Source of the DNA: Sarea resinae
Taxonomy: Eukaryota
DNA: 64,000 bases
Direction: 5' to 3'
NCBI GenBank assembly: GCA_026026165.1
Contig: JAPEUD010000013.1
Location: 124,001-188,000 of the forward strand
The position numbers and the translations under genes were made by a program. The first letter of the stretch is position 1. Every line of letters begins with the position of its first letter. The notes below the pieces were generated by a model. It did not search any database, was not told the origin of the DNA, and saw only the letters and a program-made list of their open reading frames with translations. Below, piece after piece: positions 22,013 to 35,097 of the stretch.

Positions 22013-24430
22013 TCACAAATACTCCGCCGTAACCGCCGCATATTTGACGTCGTTATACACAAGCTCCCACTTGGTATGCGCCGAGTAGCACGTCATGGCG
22101 ATGGCGTAGTCGAGCACGTACCACATGACGCCGTCCTCGCCGCGGCGCTGCGTAATTTTGTCCGCGGGGATGCAGCTGAAGTCGCCTCGGAGCGCGGCGA
22201 TGTTGATTACGTCTGTGAAGCGGGAATGAGAAGAGTGAAAGAAGGGAGAGAAGCAACAAGCAAGCAAGCAAGCGAGCAAGGATGGATGGATAGAAGGATG
22301 GAGGTACGGAGAGGAGAATAACGGCATACCGAGATTCGCATGCGCGGGCTCCTTTCCCGCGCCCGCAAACGAATAGAGCACCGCGTCTACGCGTTTCGGC
22401 GGCCCCTCGGCCACCCGCTTGATCGACCAGAATTGGAATAGGGTGGGCTCTTCCTCGGTCATGGCCGTGCCTTTGGAGACCATCCAGTGCATGCCCTTGC
22501 ATAGGTCCCGGCCGGAGAAACTGTCGTAGTATCTGTTTGTGTGGAGAAGGGTGGGTTAGTGCGGTTGGTTCGTTGATTGGTAATATGGGTGTGTGTATGG
22601 TATAGGAGAAAAGCGTTTGGATAAAGAAAAATGACTGAGGCCAGGGCGAAGGAAAGGCAAGAGCCCCGGCTAGACTGGATTGGATTGGATGGAATTGGAT
22701 GGGATGGGTAGAATTGGACGTACTTGTGCACCACATTATGCACGCCGTCGATATACGGCACGCCGCACACGGTGCCATAACTCTTCCTCGCGCTCCTGGT
22801 CCTGACCCTAACAGTAGCAAGGGTGGGCACGGCCTCGGCGAGCCCCTTCATCAGCGCGCCCCTGACAATGGCCGTCCAGGCGTTAGGACTCTGGAGGACC
22901 TCCATGTCGGCGCCGACCATGGCGCGGATCCGGTCGCGGAGGTAGGCGCTCTGGCCGAAGCCTCCGACCAGCAGCACCGCCTTGGGTGTGGCGCGAGACG
23001 CCTCGATCTGCCCTTGTACGAGTGAGAGCACTTCGCTGATTACCGGCTCGAAGATAGCCTGGATCTCGGCTCGCGTCATTCGGAGACGCCCTTTCTTTAT
23101 GCCGAGGGTAGCATTATCGCGGAGGCCGTGGACTGATTAGAGAGTCAGCGGGTTCAAGCATTTGGTTGCCCAAGGGAATACAAGGGCTTTCTGCTTGCTT
23201 GCTTCCTTACCAGGTATGGTGAAGGTCTCGGCACTGGACTCTCCGTTGAATAGGCGCTTCGTCTTTGCAGGCACAAAGGTCAATACCCAAGTCTTCGACT
23301 ATCATAATAGGAGAGTGCTTACATCCGTGTCGAATCGCTTCATTGCCTGATCAAATATCAGAGAAGGCTCTTCAGAGGCAAAAACACAATAGAGCGTACC
23401 TCTTCCAAGATCTCCTCATCCCAATCCTCGTCATCGGCGAACTTGTCTTCCAATGTCTTCTGGAATATCCGATTCAGGTACGTGCTTCCGCACAGAGAGC
23501 CCGTGCCTGGAGCAGCCTCGTCAACTTCTAGGGGGTTCAGCGATCTGATAGTATATGAGATCAAATCGACGGTCCTGTGTCTCGGCCGTTAGTCGATGCT
23601 GATGCAAGAGGAGAAGAGATGTAATCCCACCCTCCACCAGCATCACAAAGGACGAAAGTATCGCCAATGTTCAGACAATGCGGATCCATGGCATCCAAAG
23701 CATACATGGCAGCAGCCTCCGGCTCGGAGATCATATGGAGCTTTCTATCCCCGCCCATGCCGGCCGCCTCGGCACATTTCCGCGTCTGGTCTCGAGCCTT
23801 TTCGGACCACACCGCAGGGACGGTGATGACATACTCCACAGGAGTCGAACGCAACACACCCTTTGGTAGCTTGTTGTTCAGGATGTACTCGGTGTGCTTG
23901 CGGAGCGCAAGGAGGTAGTCAGTAACGAGATTCTGAGCGGCGACGTTGTAGCCTGGAGGTAAGGCGTTTCGACTTGGGAATTGCTTTGCTAGCGCAGAAA
24001 CGCCTCTCGATTGGTTGGGATCAAGGTCGAGCTTGAACCATTGATACCTTGGAGCTGAATCATCAAGTTGAAATCCCCATTTGGGGAGGCCCCCTTTATC
24101 GTAGCGGAGTTCTCTACATGAAAACACAGAAACGTCGTTAGGGATTCCCAAATTGCCCAAGAGCAGTAAGACCACCACCTAGGATCCTACTCACGTCGGA
24201 ACTTTATCGCTGGTGATCCCCTCCATACCATTTCCTTCCGAGTCAGGCCATTGAATAATGGTCGTCTGGATGTCAGGCTTCTTGGTTTGCGCCCAAGCAA
24301 TTCCCGAAAAGGTGGTTCCGAAGTCGACGGCGACCAAGATTTTTCGGTCGACCGCCGCGTCTTTCGTTGCTGTAGCTTCCCCGTCAAGTTTTGACCAGTA
24401 ATCGTCTGCGGCTTTAACAGGGTCCGCCAT
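22013..24430 (-). CDS. Atypical Hsp70-family ATPase (HSPA12-like), multi-exon
   Basis: VAVDFGTTFSG, ITVPAVWS, ISEPEAAA, LCDAGGG, CGSTYLN and LLVGGFGQSAYL. No EEVD tail; ends AVTAEYL. Confidence 0.88.
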
Positions 24431-25234
24431 GATCAATGATTATAGAGCTTTCGTGTATGCTCAATGCAGAATGGTACTGGAAGTAGTGAACGAAAGAGGG
24501 CATCAGACAAGTTTTTAAACTCCTTTCGATATGAAGTGTTCGCAATTAACGTACAGAACGCCTATTGACACATGCACAAACGACATCTTCGATGGACTGT
24601 CAGCCTTGTGTCCCATAGACCCCCGCGAACAATTCCAATTCCTCCAACCAAACCAAGGCGGCGAAGCTACACTGAGGGAGCCAGCTTCCTATTAGAGGTG
24701 CCAAGGACCGCCTCGCAGCGCAGTAAGGAATGAAGCTTCACACCACAGCCTCCAATGATGAAATTGACCGTAGCCTGAACTCTAATGATGGCTCAGGCTA
24801 TTGCTATTGACAGGCATCATATGCACAAGAAAAGCTGGACGAACGACAGAATTTGAGACTAGATGATAGTCGAAATGCTTTGTAGCACCCGGTAGGGAAG
24901 GCTGCTGCTATTGCTATTGCTCAGCCTTGCAGCAGTCGACTTGGCGTTGGCGCATCATGCTTATCCGAAACAGTAATGATTAGCGAACTCGCTCTCCGCA
25001 ATCAACACAGCCTCCACGAGACTACTGTATCGGCGAAAACGCCTTTGACATTGGGAAAGTGATGCATGCCTTGTCGCCCGTTGTATATAATGGAAATCGT
25101 AGAACGCGGTGCGTCTGTAATAGTTGTGATTATGCGATCCAAGCCGGAGGCAATCCCTGAATAATAAATATCAAGTCGCCTGCCCATCCGTCGAGGACAG
25201 GCGTATCGCACCCCGACAGCACAAAGGGTGAAAC

Positions 25235-26930
25235 ATGGCATCCACGGAAAGAGCAGAATGCGAAACGAAACCCACAGATGCGCTGCCAACGGAGAAGATC
25301 GTCATGAAGGATGTGAAAAAGGAGAAACCAGCTGATAGCGGCAATCATTCACAGCGCAATGATCCTTTGAGCGCTCGCGCTAAAGCAGCACAGACCGGCA
25401 CCAATTCTAAGCCGAAGCCCAAAGTTGGCCCCAAACCGAGCAATCTACGCGCAAAAACACCAGAAATGACTCAGATCCGGGCGAATGCGAGCTTTGCAGC
25501 ATCTCCTGCACCGCCGGACGAGGATGAAGAAAGCGAAGATGAGGCTACGCAAACATCTCCATCGAAGAAGAACCCACGACAGCACGAGGTGACGATGAAT
25601 GCTCGAGCAGCAAGCAAAGTAACCTTCAAACACCCTGGAAGACGCTCCAATCCCCGCCAGTCCCCAAGGAAGCTAGCAACGTTGCCGAGAACTTCCATCA
25701 TGAACAGCGTAGCCCGGGAGCAGCCAAAGCCGACGGTTTTTGAGATGGAGAAGATGCAATACTGGCGATCGGTTGCTCTTCAAAATGAAGTTGCCTTTTT
25801 AAGAGATGAAAGCACGAGACGGCGAGAGCTTTTCCAATCTCTAGAAGAACAGACCCGCGCGGCGACTGTAGAGCTGAAGCAGGTCAAGGGCGAGAACGTC
25901 ATGCTGCGCCAAGATCTGGAGAACTGCAAAACGGTCATCTTCGACCTACAGCCTCATCATCAGGTCCCGGATGCTAAGCTGGGTCAGGAGTACCACAAGC
26001 TGCAGCAGGCCATCGCGAAAATCATCGAAGAGTTGACATGGGAATTGGAAGATGACGAAGAAATAGTAGACTGCCTGACCAAGTGCGAGAGCCAATATGC
26101 AGAATTCTTCTCCGACGAAGGGAGGGCGGGATCAGCTATTGCTCGTCAGAATCCAAACGCTCTCAACTATTTGCTTTGCATGGCCATTCAGCGGCTCCTC
26201 GCTCAGTCGGTATTTGGGAACTATCTTCTTGGCCTCGAGGAAAAGCAAAAAGAGATATTAGAGAACATCGAGCAATGCATGAGAACAGCCGAGCCTCGTC
26301 GAGGTCAGTCTATTTCGTCAATTTTTTCGAGACACCAAGACTGACAATATGTTAGATGAAGGGAAAATCGACACGTGGAGATCGGAGACTTTTGGAGCCA
26401 TCATCCCCTCGCAGGAGTACAAGGGTTGTCAAGACAAGATCGCTCAAGCCATCAGGGAAGCAGCGATGGGATTACTTGAGCCATTCTTACCAGAAGATTC
26501 AGAACTTGCGGCGGTTTCGAAGAGCTTCCACGAGGAGATCATCTTACCCGCCATCAGACTCCATCAAGACCTTCGTCTTTCGAGCAGTCGCTACGCGTTT
26601 GAGTACCAAGCAAAGGTCGAAGATGCAGACAGGCGTAGTTCAGGAAGTCCGATCTTCTTGAAAGACCTACAAAGATTGGAATTGATCGATGTCGATACCG
26701 AGCGAACGTTGAAGCCTGACAGCTCGGTGAGATATACCGACGATGGATGCATCGGCCATCTGGTCTTGGTCGTTCACCCGCAATTGGCACGAAAGGCAAG
26801 TGACGAGGAGAGGAAGATCATCATCCGCAAACCGGTTGTCCTGGTCAGGCTCTTGGCTCCAGTGCGTAGTCGAGGCCAAGGACCGCTTGGAGGATTATTC
26901 GCGGCTTTGATGGGCGGAGGTGGCGATTAG
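25235..26930 (+). CDS. Hypothetical protein: disordered N-terminus, coiled coil, helical region, beta-rich C-terminus
   Basis: ORFs 25235..26344 and 26349..26930 are joined by an intron GTCAGT...CTGAC...TAG (about 26303-26354). Heptad region LQNEVAFLRDE...LKQVKGENVMLRQDLENCK. Confidence 0.75.
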
Positions 26931-27355
26931 ATCGATTATGATAGACAACATCGAGAGAGTCTGGCAATGTTGGTGTTAGATCCCACAGTATAGCAAGGTT
27001 GTTGGAATATGTTGAAATAATATCCATGATCCTGATGATACGTGCATTGATGCATGTCTATCTGGAAGTTCATGTCCAACACGCGAAGAACACGGTGAAC
27101 ATCGCGTGTTAGTCAGCATTCGCATGCAACAATGACGCTGGGGGTCGAATGGATCGATATTGATGTGATGGATGGTATTCGTACTAAGATCTGAAGGATT
27201 TTGATGGTGGTCGTACTGATATCTAGTGGATCATGCGGCTCTTGAAGCACAAGATCGCAAGATAGCCATTCCTTTCAGCGCCACAGAGCAAGCCTGGCCC
27301 TACAAGCCCGCGCTCTTCAACGGCTTCAACAGCACTCACCAGCCAACCGTCGCCG

Positions 27356-28919
27356 ATGGAGAAAAGCTTCACGATTGCGGATTCGACCGACTGGCTCTCG
27401 ACACCCTTATCCGCATTCGCGCCTCTCGAAGCTTCTCTACGATGCCAAGTCTGCAAAGACCTTTTCAACACCCCCATGATCACGTCCTGCTGCCACACCT
27501 TCTGCTCGCTCTGCATTCGCCGCTGTCTGGCCTCCGAGGGCCGCTGTCCCACCTGTCGTGCCCAGGAGCAGGAGCTGAGATTACGTCGTAATGGGACAGT
27601 ACAGGAGCTCGTGGACGCTTTCCAGGTCGCTAGACCACAGGCTCTGCGCTTTGCCACCGATGCTTCGGCCCAAAAAGAGACTGAGTGCGGGGGGCGGACA
27701 CCGAAGAGGAAATTAGCGGACATGGATTTGGATGAGGAGGAACCGGCGCAGCAGCGAACGAGTCGGACACGAAAAACAAGATCGCAGAGTAAAAGGGCTG
27801 CTGCTACATCGCCTTCGATGATACCTCGGGACGCAGATATCATGGTCATCGACGACGGCTCCGACGAAGACTACCAGCCTGGTGAGTTGCGGCCAATCCC
27901 CCGCTCCTACTATTCTACTTGCGTCCGTCTTCATGGAACATCAGTCGCTGACATATTCTCTCTCCGGAGCAGACGACGGACTCGTATCATGTCCGATCTG
28001 CAAGAACCGAATGAAGGCCGAAAACGTCTTTTCCCACCTCGACAGATGCGAGGGCGAATCCAAAGCACAAACACAACCAACCAAACGCCACCCCTCCTCC
28101 ACCCCCACCTCGAAAATGACCAACACGCCCTTCACTCGGCCGGCCCAGAAACCAGCCGCCAAACCCCTGCCCCGCCTGCCAGCCCTCAACTACTCTCTCA
28201 TGCGAGACTCGGCGCTCCGCAAAAAGTTCAACGAACTCGGCATCCCGTCATGGGGCCCCAAGCCGCTCCTCGAGCGCCGCCACACCGAATGGGTGAACCT
28301 CTGGAACGCGAACTGCGACTCGTCGCGGCCGCGCTCGAAGCGGGATCTGCTCCAAGACCTGGACGTCTGGGAGCGCAGTCAGGGCGGACACGCCAACGGC
28401 GGAGCGGCATCAGCGGGGATGGGCAATAGCGGGTTGGGGGGAGCTGGGAGTGCTGGTGGCGCGGGCAAGGACGTCATGCGGAAAGATTTCGATGGCGCAG
28501 GGTGGGCTGCGAGTCATAGTGGCGAGTTCCAGGCCTTGATCGCGAACGCACGACGGAAAAGAGGTCGACCCGGAGCCGCAGAAGGAGGGGGAGGAGGAGG
28601 AGGAGGAGGAGGAGGAGGAGGACCGCTAAAGCCGGAATCTAGCGACAACCAGACGCCCGACAACTCGGGGACAGGAGCAGACATGCCAGCACCAGCCATG
28701 ACCCCATCATCATCATCCCCATTAGCCACCCCACATCCCTCAGCCTCCCCATCCCATAGTGCCTCCCAATCAGCCGCAACCATAGCCACAGCTTCAGCCC
28801 CAGCCTCGGCCCTTTCCTCCGCCACCTCCGCCATATCCGCAATAGAGTCTCCAGACGCCCCACTCGAGGCCCTCGCGCCTTCGCTCCAGCTGAACCGGCT
28901 TTCGCCTCCGCAGGAATAA
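27356..28919 (+). CDS. RAD18: Post-replication repair E3 ubiquitin ligase Rad18
   Basis: RING CQVC...CCHTFCSLCIRRCL...CPTC, UBZ CPIC...HLDRC, SAP-like LRKKFNELGIPSWG and WNANCD. Intron at about 27882-27971. Confidence 0.93.
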
Positions 28920-29648
28920 TAACAGTTACAGCAACAAGAGAGGGATGAGGGGGGCGCCGGAACTGGAACCACAACCACAGCGCGGATCGAAACCGATAGC
29001 AGCCCACCTTTTCGACCACCACGTCTGAAGGAGGGCGGGTGGTACGAAGACGGGACGAGCCGGAACACCTGAGACCATGAACGGTTGGCTGGTCTGGGGT
29101 GTCATATGCATAATCAACATATACATTACGTACGCGCGCAGCAGCGCCAAATACAGAGGCCCAAAAAGGGACTGAAACGGGTTCATAGAAAAGGAAAAGG
29201 GGGGAGGGAAATGGAACTATAGGAAAGGAAGGCGGAAAAAGGAAGCACCCAGAGGAGGTGCAAAGACCCTATCATATCCTCGTGTAGATGTTATAGTAGT
29301 ATACTCTAGAGGCCTCCGTTACTGTGGATTTAAATGCCAGGTACCATATACCACATACCAGAAGCCAGATTCCCCTGCTTATCGTCGTCATCATCATGAT
29401 CATGACCATCAATAATTAGATCCCAGAAGCCAATGCCAATGCCAGTGCCGACGCCAAAGCCGCACGCAAGCCATCGGCTTGACTATGCCGTGCCTTTCCG
29501 CTTCCTCGAGAGCCCCTCTATCTATATACATACACGCGCACCGAACACGCGCACCACCCCCGTCACCATTCCTCCCCTCCGCCACACTGCACATATTCCA
29601 CACGCAAAGCCAAAAGGTGGTCTAGTAGGCACCAGCTGGACCACCCAC

Positions 29649-31573
29649 CTAAGTAGCAGGAAGGGCATCGGTATGCCGTTCCTTCTGTTGCGCTGATGAC
29701 GCTTCCATTGCCTTCTTCTCTGTAGAAGCAGCCTCAGTTCTCGCGTCGTCGGAGGCCGTGCGGGTGGGCCTGGGTGGGGAGGAAGAGGAGGAGGTCAGGG
29801 ACATACTGTTCAGGCTCTGGACGAGGGTGTTGTCGTCATCGTCACGGTCTTGGTTTTGCGCTGAGTTTGTGTTTTGTTGTTGGCTGCGGGGGAGGGAGGG
29901 TTGAGAGGGCGAGAGCGGGGGGAGAGATGGGGCGGAAATGGGGGCCTCGGGCGCTAGTTCTGATTCTGGTCCTGAAAGTTTGGTCGGGTCTTGGACTTTG
30001 TCCTTCTCTTCATTCTGGCGAGCAGCGGCAGCTTCCTTCATTCTCTTCTCCTCCTGCTCTAGGACAGCCAATCTCTCCCTCGTAGCTTCCGCCTCGGCTG
30101 CCTCTCTCTTGTCCCTCTCCTCGCGTTCCATGGCCTCTAACTCATCGTCGACCTCGCCCTCATCGACGCCCTCCCTTCCAGCATCCCCAAGAACGCCGCC
30201 GACCTCCTCAACAGTACTCATCTGGTCCCTGAGCGCATCAACGACGTCTTCAACCCTCTCGACACCGCCAACCTGCTTATTCAAGCTCTTCAGCACGGCC
30301 GCGCTCTCGCTCATCACGTTGACAATGTCGATCTGGTTGGCCGCTTGCTCGAGACGGCTGTAGACTTCCTCAAGCTGGGCGAGGGTGTCGAGACGGCGCT
30401 GGAGAGTCGTCTCGGCCAGCTTCTTGGACCGCAGCGCCGAGAGCGCGGTCTGGCGATTCTTGCTGGCGAGCGCGGCGCGGGCAGTGGCGTCGAGCGCCGA
30501 GATGCGGGTTGTCAGGGTAGCGGTTTGCAAGGAAAGGGAGACTAGGAGGGTTTTGAGGGAGGCGATGGTCGCGTCTTCTGGTGTTATCGGGGAGGGAGAG
30601 GGGGAGGTAGGTTGCTTGAATTTAATGGTCTGTAAGGGGTGAGCATTAGCTGTTGTCCTTCCTGGCGCTTGTTAAGTGCAAAGGCTTACTTGGCCGTTGT
30701 AGGATATCTCGCGCTTGTCTCGGGCGAGAAAGATCAAGAGGACGTCAATGTCTGTGTTCGTGAGGTCATGGGAGGGATTTAGGGCGTGCGCGAATTCTTT
30801 GTGGAACATTTCTTTGGAGAGGATGCAGTCGACTCTCGAAGTTCGGCCGGCCATTTGCTTCAGGACGTTGCGCCCTGCCTCCTACAGATCGTGAGTCCGG
30901 CTATATTAGGGCCTTAAGATTCTGAGGGCAGGAGGTTACCTCTATATTCCCGACGACCACAAAACGCCCAACAGATAGCTTGTCCTCGCCCGATGCTCCG
31001 CCCGCAAGTCCTAGTTGCCTTAAGCCCCATGATAGGACTTGCCAAGGTGTCACGACCCAGCTTCTGTGGTAGATACTTGTCGTAGCGGTTTGAAACTCCG
31101 ATAGAGGAACCATTTCTTTTCTAGCAACAGCTTCGCTCTGAGACGCTGACGTTAGCATACTTTCCAAGTGCAGTTACCCTGTTCAGATTGCAGAAGAAAG
31201 TATGCTACGTACGATGACCGTGCCCAATGCCAGCGGTCTTCCCCAGTCTCTTGTCTCCAGCTCCTGCAGCAATTCCGCGCCCGTTCTCAGAACCAAGAGA
31301 TCATTACTCGCGCCCGGCGCAGGGACCAGTCCCGCGCGCGTAGCGTTCGACAGTGCCGTGCGCCATGCCGATATGTTCGCTGCGTAGCCATCTGGGTTTG
31401 TGGTTTGTTGGACCCGGAAATCGGAATAGAGAGATGGTAATCGTGCTCTGCGAAAGGTTCGCGGGTCATATCAGATACTGTATAGATGCGTAGAGGGCGC
31501 AAAGTAGGAGTTCTGGGACAAACCGTCTAAATTGTTCTTCGTGGCTTAGTATGAAGCTCAAAAGCTCACTCAT
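29649..31573 (-). CDS. SNF7-family ESCRT-II/III hybrid protein (CHMP7/Cmp7-like), multi-exon
   Basis: Start MSELLSFILSHEEQF, LYSDF...NPDGYAAN, PWQVLSWGLRQLG and the Snf7 domain ALSALRSKKLAE...GGVERVEDVVDAL. Confidence 0.85.
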
Positions 31574-31875
31574 TTTGGAGACTGAGGAGTCGCTCTGCTT
31601 GGGTTGATATGAGGCACTGGAATGTGGAGCTAGATATGTAGGTAGCTTGAGCTTGAGCTTGTGACGCTGGTCGACGACTATCGCTATCTGGCGCTTCTAC
31701 CTCGTCAATAGGCGCGCGACTTCATGTTTACCTCCTCCACAGCAGTGGAGCGAAAGACATATCCCAGACCCGAAAGCACATGCAGGGACAAATTTTAAAA
31801 AATTTCCCTACTTTTCTCTTCTGGAAAAGCAAAACAATTGCACTGAAAAACACTCCGCCGAGGAAAAAATCAAAA

Positions 31876-31994
31876 ACATACAGCAGTGGGTATTCGCTGG
31901 TCGTCACCGACCCAACTACTAATCCACCGGTTTGCAGATTGAGTACAGGAGAGCGGACGGGATCCTCTATTTTCTACAACCTATGGCCGTATGT
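31876..31994 (-). rRNA. 5S rRNA gene (dispersed copy)
   Basis: 119 nt ACATACGGCCATAGG...TTAGTAGTTGGGTCGGTGACGACCAGCGAATACCCACTGCTGTATGT followed by a T-run terminator; TATA about 28 nt upstream. Confidence 0.95.
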
Positions 31995-33347
31995 GACAAA
32001 TAAAGTACTAGCTAGCAATATAATGGTTCCTTCTAATGCTCTACCAGCCATAACGACGAAGACGGCGACGGCACGAGTCACAAGCATACCGAGGCTGGAA
32101 TCACCACTTCACTATCACCTCACGTCCTACTACTTATGTTTTTTTACACAGAAGTGGTTATTCAAAGCTAGCTTTTTTCTTTGTCCTCTATTGAGTTTTG
32201 TAATACTACTTTCTTGTCTTCAGACTTTGCCGTCGCAGCTAGCTTTGGGATTTCATTCTGGTTTCTTCTCGTTAGTTGCTCCTTTGCTGATGCCTGCGGT
32301 GTCCTTGGCTTCACTATTCATCAATTTCCTGCCACTGCAAATGTGTGAAAAACTTAGAGTACTAGGCGACTAAAAGACTTTGAATGTCTGAATACTCTGA
32401 ATGTCTGGACTGACTATGGCAGCTATTTTGAGCGTCAAGAAGGCTCCTTATACATCTCTCCCACCAGAAGAAGAGTCCATGCCAATCATTTACAGATTAC
32501 TTTCTTTAGAGATCGGGGTTTCAAGGCAGAGTGTACCTACTTGAATATTTCGATCTGAATTTATATTCTCGTCGAATACAAAAGGCGCCTACAAGCGTCT
32601 TTGTGTTTTCGGAAATGGCAGAGAGAGAATTGATCACCCCCACAGAAAACATTTGATCCTTAATCTATAAGTATGTCTTGTCCACTCCGCCTCTTCAAAA
32701 TTTCTCATAACCTAACGGTATCGAGGTCTTTGCTCTTACTTCTCACTCGGCGAGCTGTAGTCTCGACGCGCAAGGCAGATGTGCAATACAACGCCGCGTC
32801 CTTACCACCAATTTATCTCCAGACTCTTTCGGAGAAGAACGTCTGCCATACTGTGATATAGCAGATTCCTATCCTGTCTAGCCCATGAGTTCGAGCTTAC
32901 GCTGGAGTTGATGAGATTCTACTTGGTATGCCTGTCCCACGGCCTCGACTGTCTTCAGTTCGAGTGTCGTATCGTCCACACCGGTAAGTTAGATAAAGCA
33001 TTTTCGTTACTGGAGGACATGGGGAGGGAGGCGGCCTTTATAGCACATGCACCAACCAGAAAAGAAAGCAAAGCGGAAGACAAAATCTCTAGACGTATTA
33101 TCAACAGAGCAGTCGCATGAGCATCGAGATACTCTACGCTTCATGTCCTATATTGCCTCAGTGTATGGCTTTTCACATTACAGAATGCAATTTCGCTGGC
33201 AATATCAAATGAAGACAAAGCCATCGAACGCAATTGAATGATCAGGAGACGTGATCTAACATATAAAAGGAAAGGAAAAATGGCGAGAGAGAAAAAAGAC
33301 AAACCCTCTCCTGAGATACATACTCTCCACTAATCGCCATATCCAGC

Positions 33348-33387
33348 ACATACGGCTATAGGTTGCACGCTCTCCTATATCTAATCT
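33348..33387 (+). pseudogene. Degenerate, internally deleted 5S rRNA fragment
   Basis: ACATACGGCTATAGGTTGCA joined to CGCTCTCCTATATCTAATCT matches two separate segments of the 5S gene; its upstream flank is homologous to the flank of the 35098 copy. Confidence 0.75.
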
Positions 33388-33681
33388 CTGTATTCATAGA
33401 CTCTAGAGTTAGAGCTTCTTGCACATCGCCGCTAGAGAGTGAGTCTAGTGATATGCTTGCGGTGCTATGTATTGTTTACGCTGCCTGTGACAACCTCAAG
33501 GTGAGCCGAGTGAAGCGGGAATCGCCTCGCTGACCAGCCCTCCCTTCTTTCATGAGTCGTCACCATCCACGCGAGAACAGTTCGCGTTTGGTGCAGAATC
33601 CGCACTCTTCGGAAGTCCATTGGCCTTTGCAGGCTTCGCACATTACAGCCTCCAGCTGCCTCGGCGCATGACTTGTTGAGA

Positions 33682-34610
33682 ATGGGCACCCGTCATCCCC
33701 GACGCAACGTCTATGTTTATCCTGCATTATCGGACTGGAACTTCGTCGGACTTGGCAGTAGCGCAGAGGTTGACTGGGTTGACGATCACATTGTTGTCAA
33801 GTATGCTCGACGATACGAGGTCCTGCATGACGTTGGAGACACACAAGGGGAACTTGACAGAAGAATGCGGACGGCCTTTCTCAACTTCGCCAGGAGCATA
33901 TTCAGGATGAGCAAGCCATCCTCAGAATCTTGGAATCGCATTCGCCACATCCCCATATAGTTCAGAGCCTTCTACTCTGTCCGGAAGCTACCTTCCTGCA
34001 TCGTTTATCCTGCAATTTGGAGTATCGTCTTATCACCAGTCCCGCATCATGCAACAAACTCCAATCTCAATGGGTCAAAGAAATAGTCGATGGCGTTAGT
34101 TGGCTTGAATCATTGAGCCTCGCGCATGGTGACATTCGACCTCAGAATATTCTACTTGACAGCCACGAGCATGCTAAGCTCTGTGACTTTGATTGCACAG
34201 TCAAGTATGGCGAAAACGTTCAGTCACACAACACACGCTTTTCAAGGCAAACTGAACAACAGGCCTCTTCCCAAAGTGAGCTCTTTGCCTTGGGATCGAC
34301 TATATATTTTATCATGACAGGAGAGGCTCCATTCTCTGATATTGATGACGAGGAAGTTGAACAGCGATTCTCTCAAGGTTCTTTCCCTCTAACCGATGCG
34401 CTGGCCTCTCATTCTCTTATCCAAAACTGCTGGACCAGAGGCTATGTATCAGTTCAGCAGTGTTTGCAAGATGCAATTGTCCTGTATTCCCAGATCACCT
34501 GTGAAGAGCATGATCACAATAGTAATGCTCGGGTGTTAGACAAGAGAGAAATAAAAGACCTCCGCCAACGCTGTGAGGAGTTCCGCCAGCGACACCGAAG
34601 CCAATCTTAG
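33682..34610 (+). CDS. Small atypical Ser/Thr protein kinase (frame break near 33820-33860: short intron or frameshift)
   Basis: Gly loop VGLGSSAEV, VVKY, PHPHIV, HGDIRPQNILL, KLCDFD and SELFALGSTIYFIMTGEAPF. Confidence 0.75.
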
Positions 34611-35097
34611 TTATCGCCATCGACATCGCTGAACCTGTACGGGCTGCTGCCATACCTTAAGGGGGGAAAGCGACTAGTTGCTTTCATTGGCTTTCCTACC
34701 GTTTGTATTCTCCTGTTCGCTGTCCTCTGGGCTAAGACGACGAGCTTAAGGAGGCCATGAAGTGAAAGGGAAATGAGAGCATTGTTATGTCGAGGTCATG
34801 CTTGTACCTGTGCTCAGGCCTTCACTCCCGGCTCTTAGTCCTTTCTACCGGGGCAACGTTCTTTGAAGACTCTCTTTTGGACTCTCCGAGGCTTTTTGGG
34901 CACGTCAAAGCCAGGAAGTCGATCACCGGTACTGGCGGCACTGTCTGACTTTTCCACTCAGATGTAAACAGACGGCGCCCTGGAAAACAAATTTCTTTCC
35001 CGTGACTCAACGGATAGAAGTAACGAAAGAATGGCGAGAGAGAAACAAACGAATCATTTTCTGAGATACATATCTTCCATTAAACATCTTACCTAGC

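Noticed and set aside
31780..32373. 197-aa ORF, and the similar ORF at 35007..35387
   Set aside because: Their shared peptide (KTYSSGYSLVVTDPTTNPP...) is the antisense translation of the 5S rRNA gene.
32100..33240. Possible gene remnant in the 5S island
   Set aside because: Only short ORFs with no recognisable motifs; no call can be supported without a database search.
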